The translations under genes and the position numbers were made by a program. Below the pieces are notes generated by a model that saw nothing but the letters and a program-made list of their open reading frames with translations, did not search any database and had not been told where the DNA came from. From NCBI RefSeq assembly GCF_009914755.1, contig NC_060930.1: a DNA stretch of 64,000 nt; one strand, given 5' to 3'. Shown here in pieces: positions 30,799 to 45,155 of this stretch. Numbering within the stretch: position 1 is the first letter of the stretch; the number at the start of each line of letters is the position of its first letter. Origin of the DNA: the human T2T-CHM13v2.0 reference genome, Homo sapiens.

Positions 30799-33056
30799 TA
30801 GTCTGTGTCTGATAATTTAATTACATGATGCCTGAAGTCTTTGTGGGTCTTTCCCGACTACACATAGTTTCTTTTACAATTGTTTGCAGATCAATGATTT
30901 TTTTAAAAAACATTTTATCGGAAATAAAATCTAGAAAAAGAAAAGCTATACACAAAACAAATGTGTAGCTAATGAATTATTATAATGAAAACACTATTTT
31001 TATTTACACCTAAGTCTAGAAATTGAATTTCAAGAGCCATTGTATAGGCCCTTCCATGTGCTCCATCTCAGTAACTTTCAAACGTACTCATCACATGGTA
31101 GATACAACTATGGACAAATTTGTTTCTTCTATATTGCAAGAGTTTCAAACTCTAATTTGGAGGATCTCAGATGATCACAACACAATGAACTGAGGACTCT
31201 GAAACATGTACAAAACCAACTGCAGCAGGGAATTAAATGATTGCTTTATTAGAAAAACAGAATGAGATTGGGTGAAAAGCATGAAAGAGGATATATAATC
31301 TTTTTCCTCCTTTGGCTCTGGTACAATTTCTTCTCTTTAGCTATAGAGAAGGAACAGAAGCTGTGGACCATGCTTCCCATCTGAGCCTGTCCTCACTTTA
31401 TGAAGCTTAAAGATCTCAACCTGTAACCCCAGAAGCATCAACCAGCACATACATCAGATGGACAGATTACCATCAAGCTCTCTGCAGAAGCACAGAATGC
31501 ATCTCATAAAGCTTCTTAGATAACTATGGCTATCACTAGATATTTTACTATCATAATACATAATTTTCGTGGAATAGTATTGTGTTTCATCATTCTTATT
31601 AATATGATATTAAGTTTACAAAGTTACCTAGCCTCCCTCCCCAAAATGTTTTCTTTAATACTGCGTTTTTGATTCCTATATCAGACAGCTGGGATGCCAC
31701 GTGTTGGGTCCCTGCCGAGTCGGGAAATTATACACTTGAGGATTATGAAATTGGGCTTGATTGATTTAATCACTGTAATCATTGGCATTGTGCAGATATG
31801 CAACCAGGAGGTTTTCATTCCAACAATTATGCATGATGAAGTCATGTTATGTGGGAGGCTCATCCTTGTGTTTATTTCTGTCTAAATGGGAAGGACAATG
31901 GAGAGTGAGGCATGATCCAAGGTACAGCACTGCCATGTGAACCCACATTAGCAGCCAGGGGGAGAATAAGGACAGGTGATGAGCTTAGTGAAGTCTCTGT
32001 GCTGTACTTGACCATGCAAAGAATTTGTATCTAATTAAATATATATTTATGCTATTATCCTTCGAAGAGGATTAAAAGGCAGAGTATCCGCTATATTATA
32101 AGAACTCCATAGATATTAGTTTCTTTCTTTATGGCAAGTCCTTCAAGGTGGTCTCAGGAGCTGTACAGAGGTGAAGCTACTTCAAATCAACCACTTTCTT
32201 TCAATATCCTGGAGGCAGTGCGGACACGGACAGAATGTCTTCCCCCTACTTGGTTCTACAGATTTATTTGAGTTAGTGACCAAAGGAGTGTCTCCCCATT
32301 GGGAACTGGTACATAATTAGAAGGGCTAGTGAGTCAATCTTTGAAGAAGGCTTTGAAGAAAGCTAACAGAGCCTAAACCATTCTTATCATTATGGAACCT
32401 CAGAACTCTGTCTTGGGAAGGAGCATGTCATGGCTTGAGAAATCATGTGAGCTCATTTTCACAGGACTCTGGGCATGTGAATTTGAAGGAGACTATGTGG
32501 ATGTGTGGAACTGGTGAATAAGAAGAAGCACGTTGGGGGAAGTTTGGTCCAAGATATTGTCCAAGTACAGTATAAAGGATAAAGATGTGTTATCTACTGC
32601 CACCATGCACAGAATCACAGTATGGTGGAAGGAAGCAGGGCCTTGGTACCATCTGTTCCAATCTCTTCATTTCGTTGATAAGGAAATTGAGAGCTGGCAA
32701 GGGTGATCAAGATCACACAGCTGGTGAGAAGCCAAGAGGTCCCTGCAACTCAGGCCTTCTGACATGCCCTGGGTGCATTTCCCATATGACTGTACCTGAG
32801 AAATCCAAGGATCTGTTTATAACATATAATTGGTCCCTCTCCTAACCAGCATAAAGCTTCCATTAGGGCAGAAGTTACAGGATGAATTAAAGAATATATT
32901 AGTTGTTTTCCTGTGTAATAATACATGATCTAATTTAATCCTCAAAATAGCCTTGAAAGATAGGCATTCTCATTATTTTCCTTTGTGGATGAGGAAACTG
33001 AGGTGTAAGAAAAGTTATATGACTTACAGACTAAGTATCTGGGACTTGAGTTGTGA

Positions 33057-33414
<358 letters not shown>

Positions 33415-33715
33415 AAGACACCAATCTTATATGCAGTTAACTTTTATATGTTGCACTTTGACCTCTCGATACCATCTTTCAAATGAGGGCCTTGACTGCC
33501 TTTCCTCTATCTGACAATGATTTGAGATATTGCTGCCATTAAGAGGTCAGAGAGGACCCCTCCACTTCTGGAAGCACCTTTGGGGTATTTTCTACATTCA
33601 CTCCTGCTGGTGTCACTCCCTGCTGAGTGGACGCACCGTGTATACCCAGTCTCCAGTTGGACCACCTGTGGATTAGAACTTGAGTCTGCAACTAATCCTG
33701 TGCTTTCCACTAACC

Positions 33716-34084
33716 AGCGGTTCTTAGCTGGGACAACCTTGCTCCCCAGGGGACATCTGGCAATGTCTGGAGGCAATTGTCAAAAATTGCAGAGGGGGAT
33801 GATGAGAGGTTGCCACTGGCATCTAATAGGTAGAGGCCAAGGATGCTGCTAAACAGTATCTGGACTAGGATGAGGGATTTTAGGAGGGCACATTCAGAAT
33901 CACGCACATGCCAAGCCTACACTTGCAGGACCCTGAGAGTGAGTCATTCCTTAAATTCTGTGCCCTAGCATCTTCCTGGCCTCACTTCAGTCCCTGGCCT
34001 GCTGCTGCTAAATGTCCTACAATGCACAGTACAGTCTTCAGCACCAAAGAATTATGCAGCCCAAACTGTCAATAGAAACCCTGC
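33716..34084. mobile_element. MER20 with a nested MER96-like MITE (33854-34004)
   Basis: MER20 cagcggttcttagc...ggacatctggcaatgtctgg...tcctacaatgcacag...agaaaccctg; insert flanked by 8-bp TSD ctgctaaa. Confidence 0.8.
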
Positions 34085-34287
34085 GTGACATCATGTTGCT
34101 GGTTGCCTGACCTATACTGAACTGGCTACACCTTTCAGAGGCAGTGCCTGTGACTCCTGGCTGCCTCTGTAGGTGGCCCGTTTAATCACCTCATTTGCTT
34201 TTCCCTTTTTTCATGACTTTCAACCACCTTCCCATCATTAGACAAGCGATATAAAGTGCTTGTGAAAAAGCCCTTAGGTATTCTAGG

Positions 34288-34700
34288 GCAGTGGTTCTTA
34301 AAGTTTAGCTTGCATCAGAATCACCTCGAGGTCTTGTTAAACCACAGATCTTTGCGCCCCACCCAGTAGTCCTGGGAGGAGGCCTGGGAATTTGCATTTT
34401 GTATGTGCTCTGGGGTGATGCCGTTACTGTTATTCCAGGTGAGAACCACCGATTTGGGACTTGCTATTCAGAGTGGTCCAAGGAACAGCAATATCTGATC
34501 ACCTGGTAAACTTAGAAATGCAGACTCTCAGGCCCATTCCTGTTGAGCCACTGTGGGTGAGAATCAGAATTTGCCATTTAACAAGATCCTGGGGTGATTC
34601 ACGTGCAGGTTAAATTTTAGGGAGCTGGGATCTAAAACAGTAGTTCTCCATTCTGGTTGCATATTCTAGTGAATAACCCAAAGAAGCTCTTTGACATACT
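34288..34700. mobile_element. Cluster of MER5A/MER5B hAT elements
   Basis: cagtggttcttaaagtttagcttgcatcagaatcacct...; agaaatgcagactctcaggccc...tttaacaagatcctggggtgattc. Confidence 0.75.
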
Positions 34701-35499
34701 GAGTTGAATAACTTTTTACTCACTTATTTTCACAGTGTGGGCCACTTGTTGGAGTGGGGTGTGAGGCCCCAATGTGCAAACTTGAATTGTTGAGGGGCCC
34801 TCTAAGCCACTAGGCTGTCATTTAAGGTCGATGAGCCCTAGTGACCAGTAGCAGAATGGGTTTTGCTGATAAGGCTCTTTTTGATTGGCCCTGCTCCCAC
34901 TCCAACTTCACTTCCCTCCACTCTCCCCTTCACTTGTGGGGCCAGCCATACAGCCACTGCCCTGCCCCTTACTGTACCCCCAACTTGCTGAGCTCACAAG
35001 CCTCAGGTCCTTTATGCTTCATGCTCACCTTTCCTGATCCTAACCTGGCTGGCACCTTGTTGACATTTCAGTCTCTACCAGATGCCGCCTCCTAAAGAAC
35101 TTCCCAGAGCCAACAGAGACCTTGTCTGTTCACTGCTGTCTCCCCAGTGCCTAGAACTGTGCTGCACCTGGTAGCTGTTCAATAAATATTTGTTGAATAA
35201 ACAAAATAAATGAGTCTGGGGATAGCTAAGGGGGAGTGGAATTAAAATGTTCTTTATAGAAGAGGCAAGAGGACTCTGAAGTTCCTGGATGGGAAGCCTG
35301 GGAAAGGGAAGGAAAGAGACCTTCAGGGCTGAGCGCCTCATGGAAGTTGGAGGGGGAAAGAAAGGGGACCAAAAAAAAAAGGACCAATTGTCAGAGCACG
35401 TGGGACCATGACAAACAGAGACATCTGGTTCAGATGTTCACCATGTGAGGTATGTGGTGTTATGAATCCCTTACTCCTTCTCCCCTACAAAGTCTTCAA

Positions 35500-38030
35500 T
35501 AAGCCTCTATACCACCCAATGATAATTTTTGTGAGGTGAGCGGAGGCAGTAGAGGATTATTTAGGGAAACTCAAAGAGGTCTTGAATTCTGCATACAGGT
35601 TGGCACAGGGCTGAAAATAGAAGAGACAGGTTTTACAAAGCAAGAGCAAGAACAGGGGAGGGTGGATAGCTAAGGGACTTTTCAAATTCAAATTCCTGCA
35701 CCTTCTCTGACTCCAGGCCTACTGAACTGGACCCTCCTCAGGAGGAACCCGAGAATACGGTGAACTAAAAGCTGTCTTGGTAATCTGTGGGGAACCCTGG
35801 GTCAATCAGTTTATAGCCTCCGGGTTCACATGAATGACATCCTAATGTATTAAGAGTAGGGAGAAGAGAGACTGTTGAGCCCTTGTGAGTGTGTATTTAA
35901 GGAACTGTGGGGTGGGGAAAGGGTCAGAGATTCTGAAACCAGGGAAATATCATGCTGATTTTCAATAAAAGGCAAAATAAAAAAGTGAGATTTCCATCGA
36001 GTTTATGTTGCCATTGTGTAGTGGTAGGAGTCTGCACTCTGTAGTCAGACGGCCTGCCTTTGAATTCTGGAGTCACTAGCAAGCGGCTATGAGACGTTGC
36101 ACAAATTTTTTTTAACATCTCTAAGCTCCAGTTTCCCCATCTGAAAGTGGGGATGACAACAGTACTCACCTCTTTGTGCTAGTGACAGAAATAAATGAGA
36201 TAATCATCATGTAAAGCACTGAAATCGTGCCTGGAACATGGTCAAGCCTAGTTATGACAGTATTTTTATTATTGTGGCAGTTGAACAAGTTATTAAAAGT
36301 GGACTACTAAAGGGATGCTTCATAGGGACTTAGAAGAGGAAGCAAAAAACTACCAGCAAGAGTGGCAGTCACCATAATTAATAGCGGTTGTGGCTGACTC
36401 CTTCCATTCAGAATGGACACTGGCCATAGCACAGCATGGGTTTATGGGCAACAAGGCAGCCTGCCATCATTGCCTTACTGCCAAGAAGACTTCGATCAGG
36501 GAGATCAGGGTGACATGTTGTCTCTGGATTTAGCAAGTCATTGACAAGCACTTTTAGGATATCCCATAGACATGGAGACACATGTGCTGGATATAGGGAT
36601 ACAGGAATGATTTGAGCAGGTTGTGATTAACTAGCTGAATGCCAACCTGGCAGGAGTGCTCTCGCAGCCTGTTATGGCTCTTTTCTATCACTGGTCCTTT
36701 CAAAATGTTGACTGATAGTTCAGGATGGGTGCTTTGCAAATTTATTTTTGGCACCAATATTTTTCTTTCTTCCTATGCGTGGTTAATAGAAAGCCCAGGA
36801 TACAAAACAGATGAAAGATCTGTTCTGACTAAATGATTTGATGACATTGAGGAGGGTTCCCCTCATTTCCTGAAGCAGCTATGAACATTTAGGGCTCTGT
36901 GTCTTGAAAACTTTGGAGCTAGATGGAACCATGAAGGCAGATCCCAACGCCGGCAGGCAGTGACTCGTTGAGCCTTGAGCACTGAACTCCAAATCCCAGG
37001 AGGAAATGAGGTCCATTACTTGATAACTTGGCTTTGAAAATCAGCAAATATAGTTATGACTTTGAGCAAGTTTAATGAGTCTTGCCAAGTAAATGAGGAG
37101 AGTAATTGTACCTACTTCATAGAGTATTTGTGCAAATCAAAATGGAATAATGAATATAGAGCTTTCGACATATTATTATTATTATCATCAATAAGGGGCA
37201 AAAAAGTGAGATTTCCATGGAGTTTATGTTGCCACTGTGTAGTGGTAAGACAACTACACAATTATCTTTACTTGATAGAACCAAAACGTTTCTATCCTTT
37301 AATTGCCTTTACTTGATCGAACCAAATTCAGCAAGATGGCATGTAACAGGGTAAAGAAAAAAATTTATATTTGAATCTTACAAAGATATGCAGAAATATA
37401 GATACGGAATTTGTTAGCAGTCTATGGAGAAAAAAATGTAGGCAGTTTAGGTAACAGTGAAACTCAATGTAAAAGTCAACCATATGTAGTCAGCAACAAC
37501 AACAAAACAGGGCTAAATGCAATCTTAACCTGCATAACTTAGAACATTTCCATTTTTCCTGCTCCTGGTCAGTTCACATCCCTCATCTCAGGACTCACAC
37601 TACAGGGAACTGAGAGATTGGACCATTCAGAGGAGGCTGGTGAAGGCCCGGACAGAAACCATTACGTTAGAAGAACAGTTGCAGGCATTATGCCATTTAC
37701 CCTGAAGAAGAGAGGTCTCAGAGGAGGGTAATACAACAGAGGTTTTCAGATATGTGGGTAGGCTTCAGGGGTTTTATGATGTCTCAAAGGGATATTATAA
37801 TGCCTCATGGAGTGAAACTAGGAGGTGGAAGCTTCAGAGAGGTAGATTTAAGCTCTATATAACAAAGAACTCTCCAGGAATAAAGTTATTTGTCCAGCAT
37901 TACAATGATTGCCTTGGGAGGTAATAAATTCCCTGTCACTGGATGTGTGTATAATTTGGCAGCATATGTTATGGAAGGAACTCACAGGTGGTTAAGTCTG
38001 GACAAATTTTAGAAGCTTTTTCACCCTTGA
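35500..38030 (+). mobile_element. Fragmented L3/CR1 LINE interrupted by MIR and MER5 pieces
   Basis: cagcatgggttta..., tctggatttagcaagtcattgacaag, gctaaatgcaatctta, ccctgaagaagagagg, aaattccctgtcactggatgtgt resemble CR1 RT/3' end. Confidence 0.6.
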
Positions 38031-38356
38031 AAAATCTGTTTTACTAATAAATTATGAAATGCTGAGTAATGACTTTATTTTATGGGTGGAGACAGGGATA
38101 GAATTTCTTTATAGAAAACGTCTGTTAATGTGAATCTTGGATCTGTAGCCATGCTGGAGATGGGCTTGCTCCACTGCTGAGGGACATACGTGCATCCCAG
38201 CTCTTTTAATTATCTATGGCACAAATTTGAAAATAAAGTAATGAAAGGAGAGGAAGGAAGGAAAGAAGAGAGGGAAAAAAGAAAGCATCTATTAACATAT
38301 ATTCATTTGATCTGAATAAACATTTCTCCAAAAAACATATTTAAATAGTCAATTAG

Positions 38357-39295
<939 letters not shown>

Positions 39296-39296
39296 G

Positions 39297-39592
39297 TGTT
39301 GGGTGGTGGCTCATGCCTGTAATCCCAGCACTTTGGGAGGCAGAGGTGGGAGGACTGTTTGAGCCCAGGAGTTAGAGACCAGCCTGGGTAACATAGTGAG
39401 ACCTCCTCTCTGCAAGGAAAAAAATAAGATTAGCTGGATGCGGTGGTGAGCACCTGTGGTCCTAGTTATTGAGGATCACTTGAGCCCAGGAGTTCCAGGC
39501 TGCAGTGAGCCGTGATCGTGCCTCTGCACTCCAGCCCTGGGTGACAGAGCAGCATCCTGTCTCAAAACCAAAAAACAAACAAACAAAAAAAC
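39297..39592 (+). mobile_element. AluJ with a right-arm internal deletion
   Basis: gagcccaggagttagagaccagcctgggtaacatagtgagacc. Confidence 0.88.
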
Positions 39593-39599
39593 CCAATTG

Positions 39600-40372
39600 A
39601 AATTATAAAATATGTTCAACATCATTAGTCATCAGGGAAAATGGAAATCAAAACCACAAGAGAGTATTTCACACCCAGCAGGATGGCTACAACACACTGA
39701 TAATCACAAGCGTTGAGGAAGATGTGGAGAAACTGGAGCCCCTATACATTGCTGGTGGGAATGTAAAATGGTGCAGTAGCTTTGGAAAGGAGCTTCGCAG
39801 TTCCTCAAAAGGTACCATAGCACTCAGCAATTCCATTCCCAGTTATATACCCAAGAGAAATGAAGATATTTGTCCACACAAAAACATGTATGCAAATGTT
39901 TGTGGCAGCATTATTCATCATAGCCAAAAATGGAAACAACTGTTCATCAACTGATGAATAGATAAAGTGTGGTATAGTCATACAGTGCAAGATTACTTGG
40001 CAACAAAAAGTAAGAGGTATTGATACACGCTACAGCATAGATGAACCATTAAAATATTATGCTAAGTGAAAGAAGCCAGTCACAAAAAACTACATATTGT
40101 ATGAGTTTATGGAAATAAAATGTAAAGAATAAGCTAATCTTCAGAGACAGAAAGTAGACTGGTGGTTGCCAGGAGCTGGGGTGAAAGGAGAAGTGGGAAG
40201 TGACTGCTAATGGGTATGGGGTTTCTTTTCCGGGTAATAAAAATATTCTAAAATTGATCATGGTGATAGTAGTACAGCTCTGTGAATATACTAAAAGCCA
40301 TTGAATTATACACTTTAAATTGGTGAACTGTACGGTATGTGAATTAAATCTCAATACAGCTAAAATAAATAA
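39600..40372 (+). mobile_element. L1MB 3' end
   Basis: caacatcattagtcatcaggga...gctaagtgaaagaagccagtcacaaaa...gtatgtgaattaaatctcaata. Confidence 0.85.
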
Positions 40373-40624
40373 TGAATCTCTACTTATCTTCATTTGTAAA
40401 TTTCACCAAACTACTAACTTTTAATTGTAGAAGTTTAAACACAAAGAATGTAGAGATATTTACAGCATGTATAACAGAGAATGGGAAATATACTTTAATA
40501 AGGAACTCTTCCAAATCAAATAAACAAATATAAAGAAATAAGAAAAAGATGTACAGCACGGTAAAAAACTAGGCAAACGACACAATATGCAAGAGAAGTA
40601 CAGATGAACAGAAAATTCAGAAAA

Positions 40625-41082
40625 GCATGGGATGGTGAAAAGGGGAGACATTGATTAAAGGGTACAAATATTCAGTTATCAGACCTAATGTTCAGCATTG
40701 TGACTACAGTTAATAATAATGTATTGTTAGCCAGGCCCAGTGGTGCACACCTGTAGTCCCAGCTACTCGGGAGTCTGAGGCAGGAGGATTGCTTCAACCC
40801 AGGAGTTTAAGCCCAGCCTGGGCAATATAGTGAGACTCCATCTATAAAATAATGGTAATAATAATGCATAGTATACTTGAAATTTGATAAGAGAGTAAAT
40901 CTCAATTGTTCTCAGCATACAAAAAAAGTAACTATGTGAGGTGATAGATATGTAAATTAACTTGATTGTACTAATCATTTCACAATGTGTCCGTATATTG
41001 AAACATCACTTTGTACACCCTAAATATATAAATATATATAATTTTTATTTATCAATCATACCTCAGTAAAGCTGGGAAAAAA
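40625..41082 (+). mobile_element. L1MA/MB 3' end with a FLAM (40729-40850)
   Basis: gggtacaaatattcagtta...gtaactatgtgaggtgatagatatg...aaacatcactttgtacacc; FLAM TSD taataataatg. Confidence 0.8.
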
Positions 41083-41566
41083 CAAACTTCTAGAGATTGG
41101 TTGGTTGTATAACAACGTGAATATACTTTAGCACTATTGAACTATATACACTTAACGATGATCAACATGCTAAATTTTATGTGTATTTTGCCAGAGTTAA
41201 AAATTTTTGAAAAGAGAAAAGTGTCAAATTTATTAACACCTAAAGAAATGCTAGCGGAAAGGTTAACTGGTTCAGCCTTTTTGGATGTCATATTAGTAAC
41301 ATGTTAAGATAATTTTTAAAATTCATCCTTTTGGTGGAATAATTTTATATCTAGAAAATAACAAGGAAAAAGAATATGTGCAAACATACTCACTATGGCA
41401 TTATTTATAATGACAAAAATTGCCGACAGCCAAATGTATGACAATAAGGAAATAGTTACATATATTAGAACGTATATATGCCTTGAAATATTGTGCAACC
41501 ACTTAAATTGTGTTTTTAAAAATGACTAAATTATTCTAGAAAATATGATATTAAGAAACGAGAAAA

Positions 41567-42390
41567 GGCTTTGCAGACGCCGCCGCCGAGGAAAACCGTG
41601 TGCTATTAGCCATGGTCAACCCCACCATGTTCTTCGACATTGCCGTCGACGGTGAGCCCTTGGGCCGCGTCTCCTTTGAGGTAAGGGGCCTGGAAACCAA
41701 GAACTGACTGCTCATCTAATCCATAAAGCTATGTTAACAGATTGGAGCTGTTTGCAGACAAGGTCCCAAAGACAGCAGAAAATTTTCGTGCTCTGAGCAC
41801 TGGAGAGAAAGGATTTGGTTATAAGGGTTCCTGCTTTCACAGAATTATTCCAGGGTTTATGTGTCAGGGTGGTGACTTCACACGCCATAATGGCACTGGT
41901 GGCAAGTCACCACTGGGAGAAATTTGAAGATGAGAACTTCATCCTAAAGCATACAGGTCCTGAAATCTTGTCCATGGCAAATGCTGGACCCAACACAAAT
42001 GGTTCCCAGTTTTTCATCTGCACTGCCAAGACTGAGTGGTTGGATGGCAAGCATGTGGTCTTTGGCAAAGTGAAAGAAGGCATGAATATTGTGGAGGCCA
42101 TGGAGCGCTTTGGGTCCAGGAATGGCAAGACCAGCAAGAAGATCACCATTGCTGACTGTGGACAACTCGAATAAGTTTGACTTGTGTTTTATCTTAACCA
42201 CCAGATCATTCCTTCTGTAGCTCAGGAGAGCACCCCTCCACCCCATTTGCTTGCAGTATCCCAGTATCTTTGTGCTCTTGCTGCAGTTCCCTTTGGGTTC
42301 CATGTTTTCCTTGTTCCCTCCCATGCCTAGCTGGATTGCAGAGTTAAGTTTATGATTATGAAATAAAAACTAAATAACAACAACAACAAA
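41567..42390 (+). pseudogene. PPIAP29: PPIA (cyclophilin A) processed pseudogene with a 67-nt extra cassette and a 2-nt frameshift
   Basis: 5'UTR, ATG 41612 ([23 protein letters not shown]), insert 41681-41747, frameshift ~41907-41915, stop 42174 (...IADCGQLE*), 3'UTR, AATAAA 42362, (CAA)n/A tail, perfect 14-bp TSD aagaaacgagaaaa (41553-41566, 42391-42404). PPIA origin is clear; the symbol number is from recall. Confidence 0.93.
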
Positions 42391-43829
42391 AAGAAACGAG
42401 AAAAAACTCACTGCATATATATAGAATGACACCAATTTTGTGGCAAATAAGCCATACATATAGAAAAAAATACCAAAAATCATGATCATGGTAGGGTTAC
42501 CAATGTTTTCAATTTTTTTTTTGCTTGAAACTTCTCTGAATGTCCTAAAAGGTCGACAGGACTATGTGTCCCCCCTTCCCTTTTTTTGGTATGCCTTTTA
42601 AATCATAATAAAGGTACATGTTTAATTTAAAACAGAGAAATTCAGAACACAAGCCACTTTCAACTTCATCTAAGAGCCTATTCTATCAGATACATAACAG
42701 GAAACGGAGACCAAATATTTATCTCCAATATTGAAATAAAGCATAGTAGTTCCATATTTTATTGTTCAAATATAAGAAAACTCAGGAGAATCATGTAATA
42801 AACATTTTCTAGTTTTGCTAATAATCTCGATGGAAGGAAAAGAGCCAGGTCCCGTCACTGGCCCATCAGTGATGGGAGGGTAGCTATGGTCCTGTTGAAA
42901 GGCTGCCCTGATGTTTTGTTGGTTTCTGTAAACATCTGGCTCTTGAAATCCTAATTATTCAGGATGTAAAAGTTTTGAGAATTATAGTCATCAGAATTTC
43001 CAAAAAAGTTGTAATGTTTATTGAAGGGCAGAGGAAGCTTCCCTCCCTACCTCCATGTATTCATCTAAAGCTGTGATATCAGCAAAGGATTTTGGGTGGC
43101 CAGCCTGAATGTCAGTCAAAACTCCACGGATATAGGGATAACACAAGGGCAGTCAGGGCCAGGTGTTTATATTGAAATGAGCCAAGGAAGGAAAAGCAGC
43201 ATTCAGTCTGTTAAGCTGTGTGAATTGAAGCTTTCCTGCAACTGCCAGAGTGGGATTTCGATCTCTCATTAGAATAAGTAAGAATAAGTAAGAAAACCTT
43301 TTAAAGTGAGAACTGCTTTAAAAACTACTGTATTGCTCAAATATGAATCTAGTGTGAGTGAGTCTTTTTCATTCTACGGGCTTTGTTTTTCAGGCCAGCT
43401 TATTGGAGTTGCAGAAATATTTTTGTTAAGCTGAAGGTCGCCACTGGCACGGTTTTAGGCATATCCCTTCACTTCACTGAGCCTGAATGTCCCCGTTTCC
43501 AATGTGAGAGTGCTTTCAAGTTTTAAAATTATAGAATTCACTGAAACAAGCATGTTTATTCACTCCTCTCTGTGCCGCCATACTGCTCGCATGAGTATAT
43601 AAATATATATCACTTTAAGTAACTACTTTAGGATCAGGGTCTTATTTATACCAAAGGTCTTTGCATGTAAAAGCCAGTTGGCTCAACCAAATGGCCAAGA
43701 AAAGATGTCCCCTTCTCTCCCTAACCTCCATGTATCTTCTCATACCAGATGGTACAATCTCTGAAATTCCATCTTCAGAGGGTTATTATTTAGGGTTAAG
43801 TTTGATCCTTTTTTTGGTCACTAATGCTT

Positions 43830-44040
43830 CATGGTGAATGGAGGTTGGGAATATTGCTCTGCGATAAGACTGCCTAGGTTTGAATCCTAAATTCTACTTA
43901 GTTGTGAGGCCTTCGGCAGGATATTTAATCAATCTATCCTTTAGTGTCCTCATTCATAAAATGGGAATAATTTTTGTTCCACTGTCATGGGGCTGTTATA
44001 AGATTTAAATAGATGAAACATGTAAATTCTCAGTAAACAT
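43830..44040 (+). mobile_element. MIR
   Basis: agactgcctaggtttgaatcct...ctcattcataaaatgggaataat. Confidence 0.75.
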
Positions 44041-44949
44041 TCATTCCTACTTCATCTGGTGGGAGAATTTCAAAGCCAAGTGAACACCTCAGGCCAAGAT
44101 GTGAAAAGGTCCCAGAATGGAAATCGTGACAGAAAGCTAGTGATATAAACCTCACCTACTGCATATATTAGCTTAGGCCTGGGGTGCACACTACTGAGAC
44201 TCACATATTTTTGGAGAAAGGTTTAACATTATTTTCTCTATTTCATGAACTACTTCCTTCTCATCCCCAACTTCCTTTTATAATTGGCCTCTCAACATTT
44301 TCTATCACTCCTTATGAGATAATGAGAAACAATGGGCTTAACTTTCCTCTCTCAGCTGTCGTGCATCCTATCTATAGGTTGCAAAGATCCCCTCTCTGCT
44401 CCACTCCCACTGGTCTATTCCTGGGAAAACCGAAAACCAAAGAAGGAACATGCAATAGTTGCTTGAAATGATAGGGAAATTCTTTTTTTTTTTTTTTTTT
44501 TTTTGCTGTTTCCTTAGCCCTGACATGACATTCCTTTTCTGTTTTTAAAAGACACAACACTGCACATTAACTGTCCTGTGGGAGAGACCACACCCTCTTC
44601 CAAGTCATCCCAGTCCACATCAGAAATGTGTCTTCTGCAAACCTGACACAAAAAGCTTCCCATTTTGAAAAGGTCCTGATAGAATTAATATGAATTGAAT
44701 CGCATTCTTTTTACTGTAACCAACTATCTGGTGTTAAAAAAGACTTTTGCAGAATTCTGGGCAAGAATTATTAATGCATGTTAATGGGAAGCCTCCAGTT
44801 CTGCTTTGCTGGGGAAGGAAAGGCCAGCTCTCACAACTTCCTCCACACCATGTTGGGACCCAGAGCCAAATAAATGGTCCATCTGTCTTCCATATGATGA
44901 GTTTCAATTTGGAAAATTCAAGGCTAGTTTGAGTTATTGGAAGCAAGTT

Positions 44950-45155
44950 GGTGGTATAGCATGACAATTAAAAGCACAGGTTTTAAAACTGACAAATCCG
45001 GGTTCAAATCTCCATTTAACTACTTACTGCCTTTGTAAGTAACCAGTCTCTTAGCTCTGCAAGATACAAATAGAGATACATCCTTCATATACATTAAATG
45101 AAGTTATGTAAGTAAAGCATCAAGCATATAGTAGGAACTTAATAAATTATACTGC
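44950..45155 (+). mobile_element. MIR
   Basis: ccgggttcaaatctcc...atgtaagtaaagcatcaagcatatagtagga. Confidence 0.7.

Noticed and set aside
41742-42174. Cyclophilin ORFs as a functional retrogene
   Set aside because: Stop in the cassette plus a 2-nt deletion split the domain; only a C-terminal fragment stays open
43271-43296. Short tandem repeats (agaataagta x2; also 9021-9056 and 50058-50080)
   Set aside because: Ordinary slippage duplications
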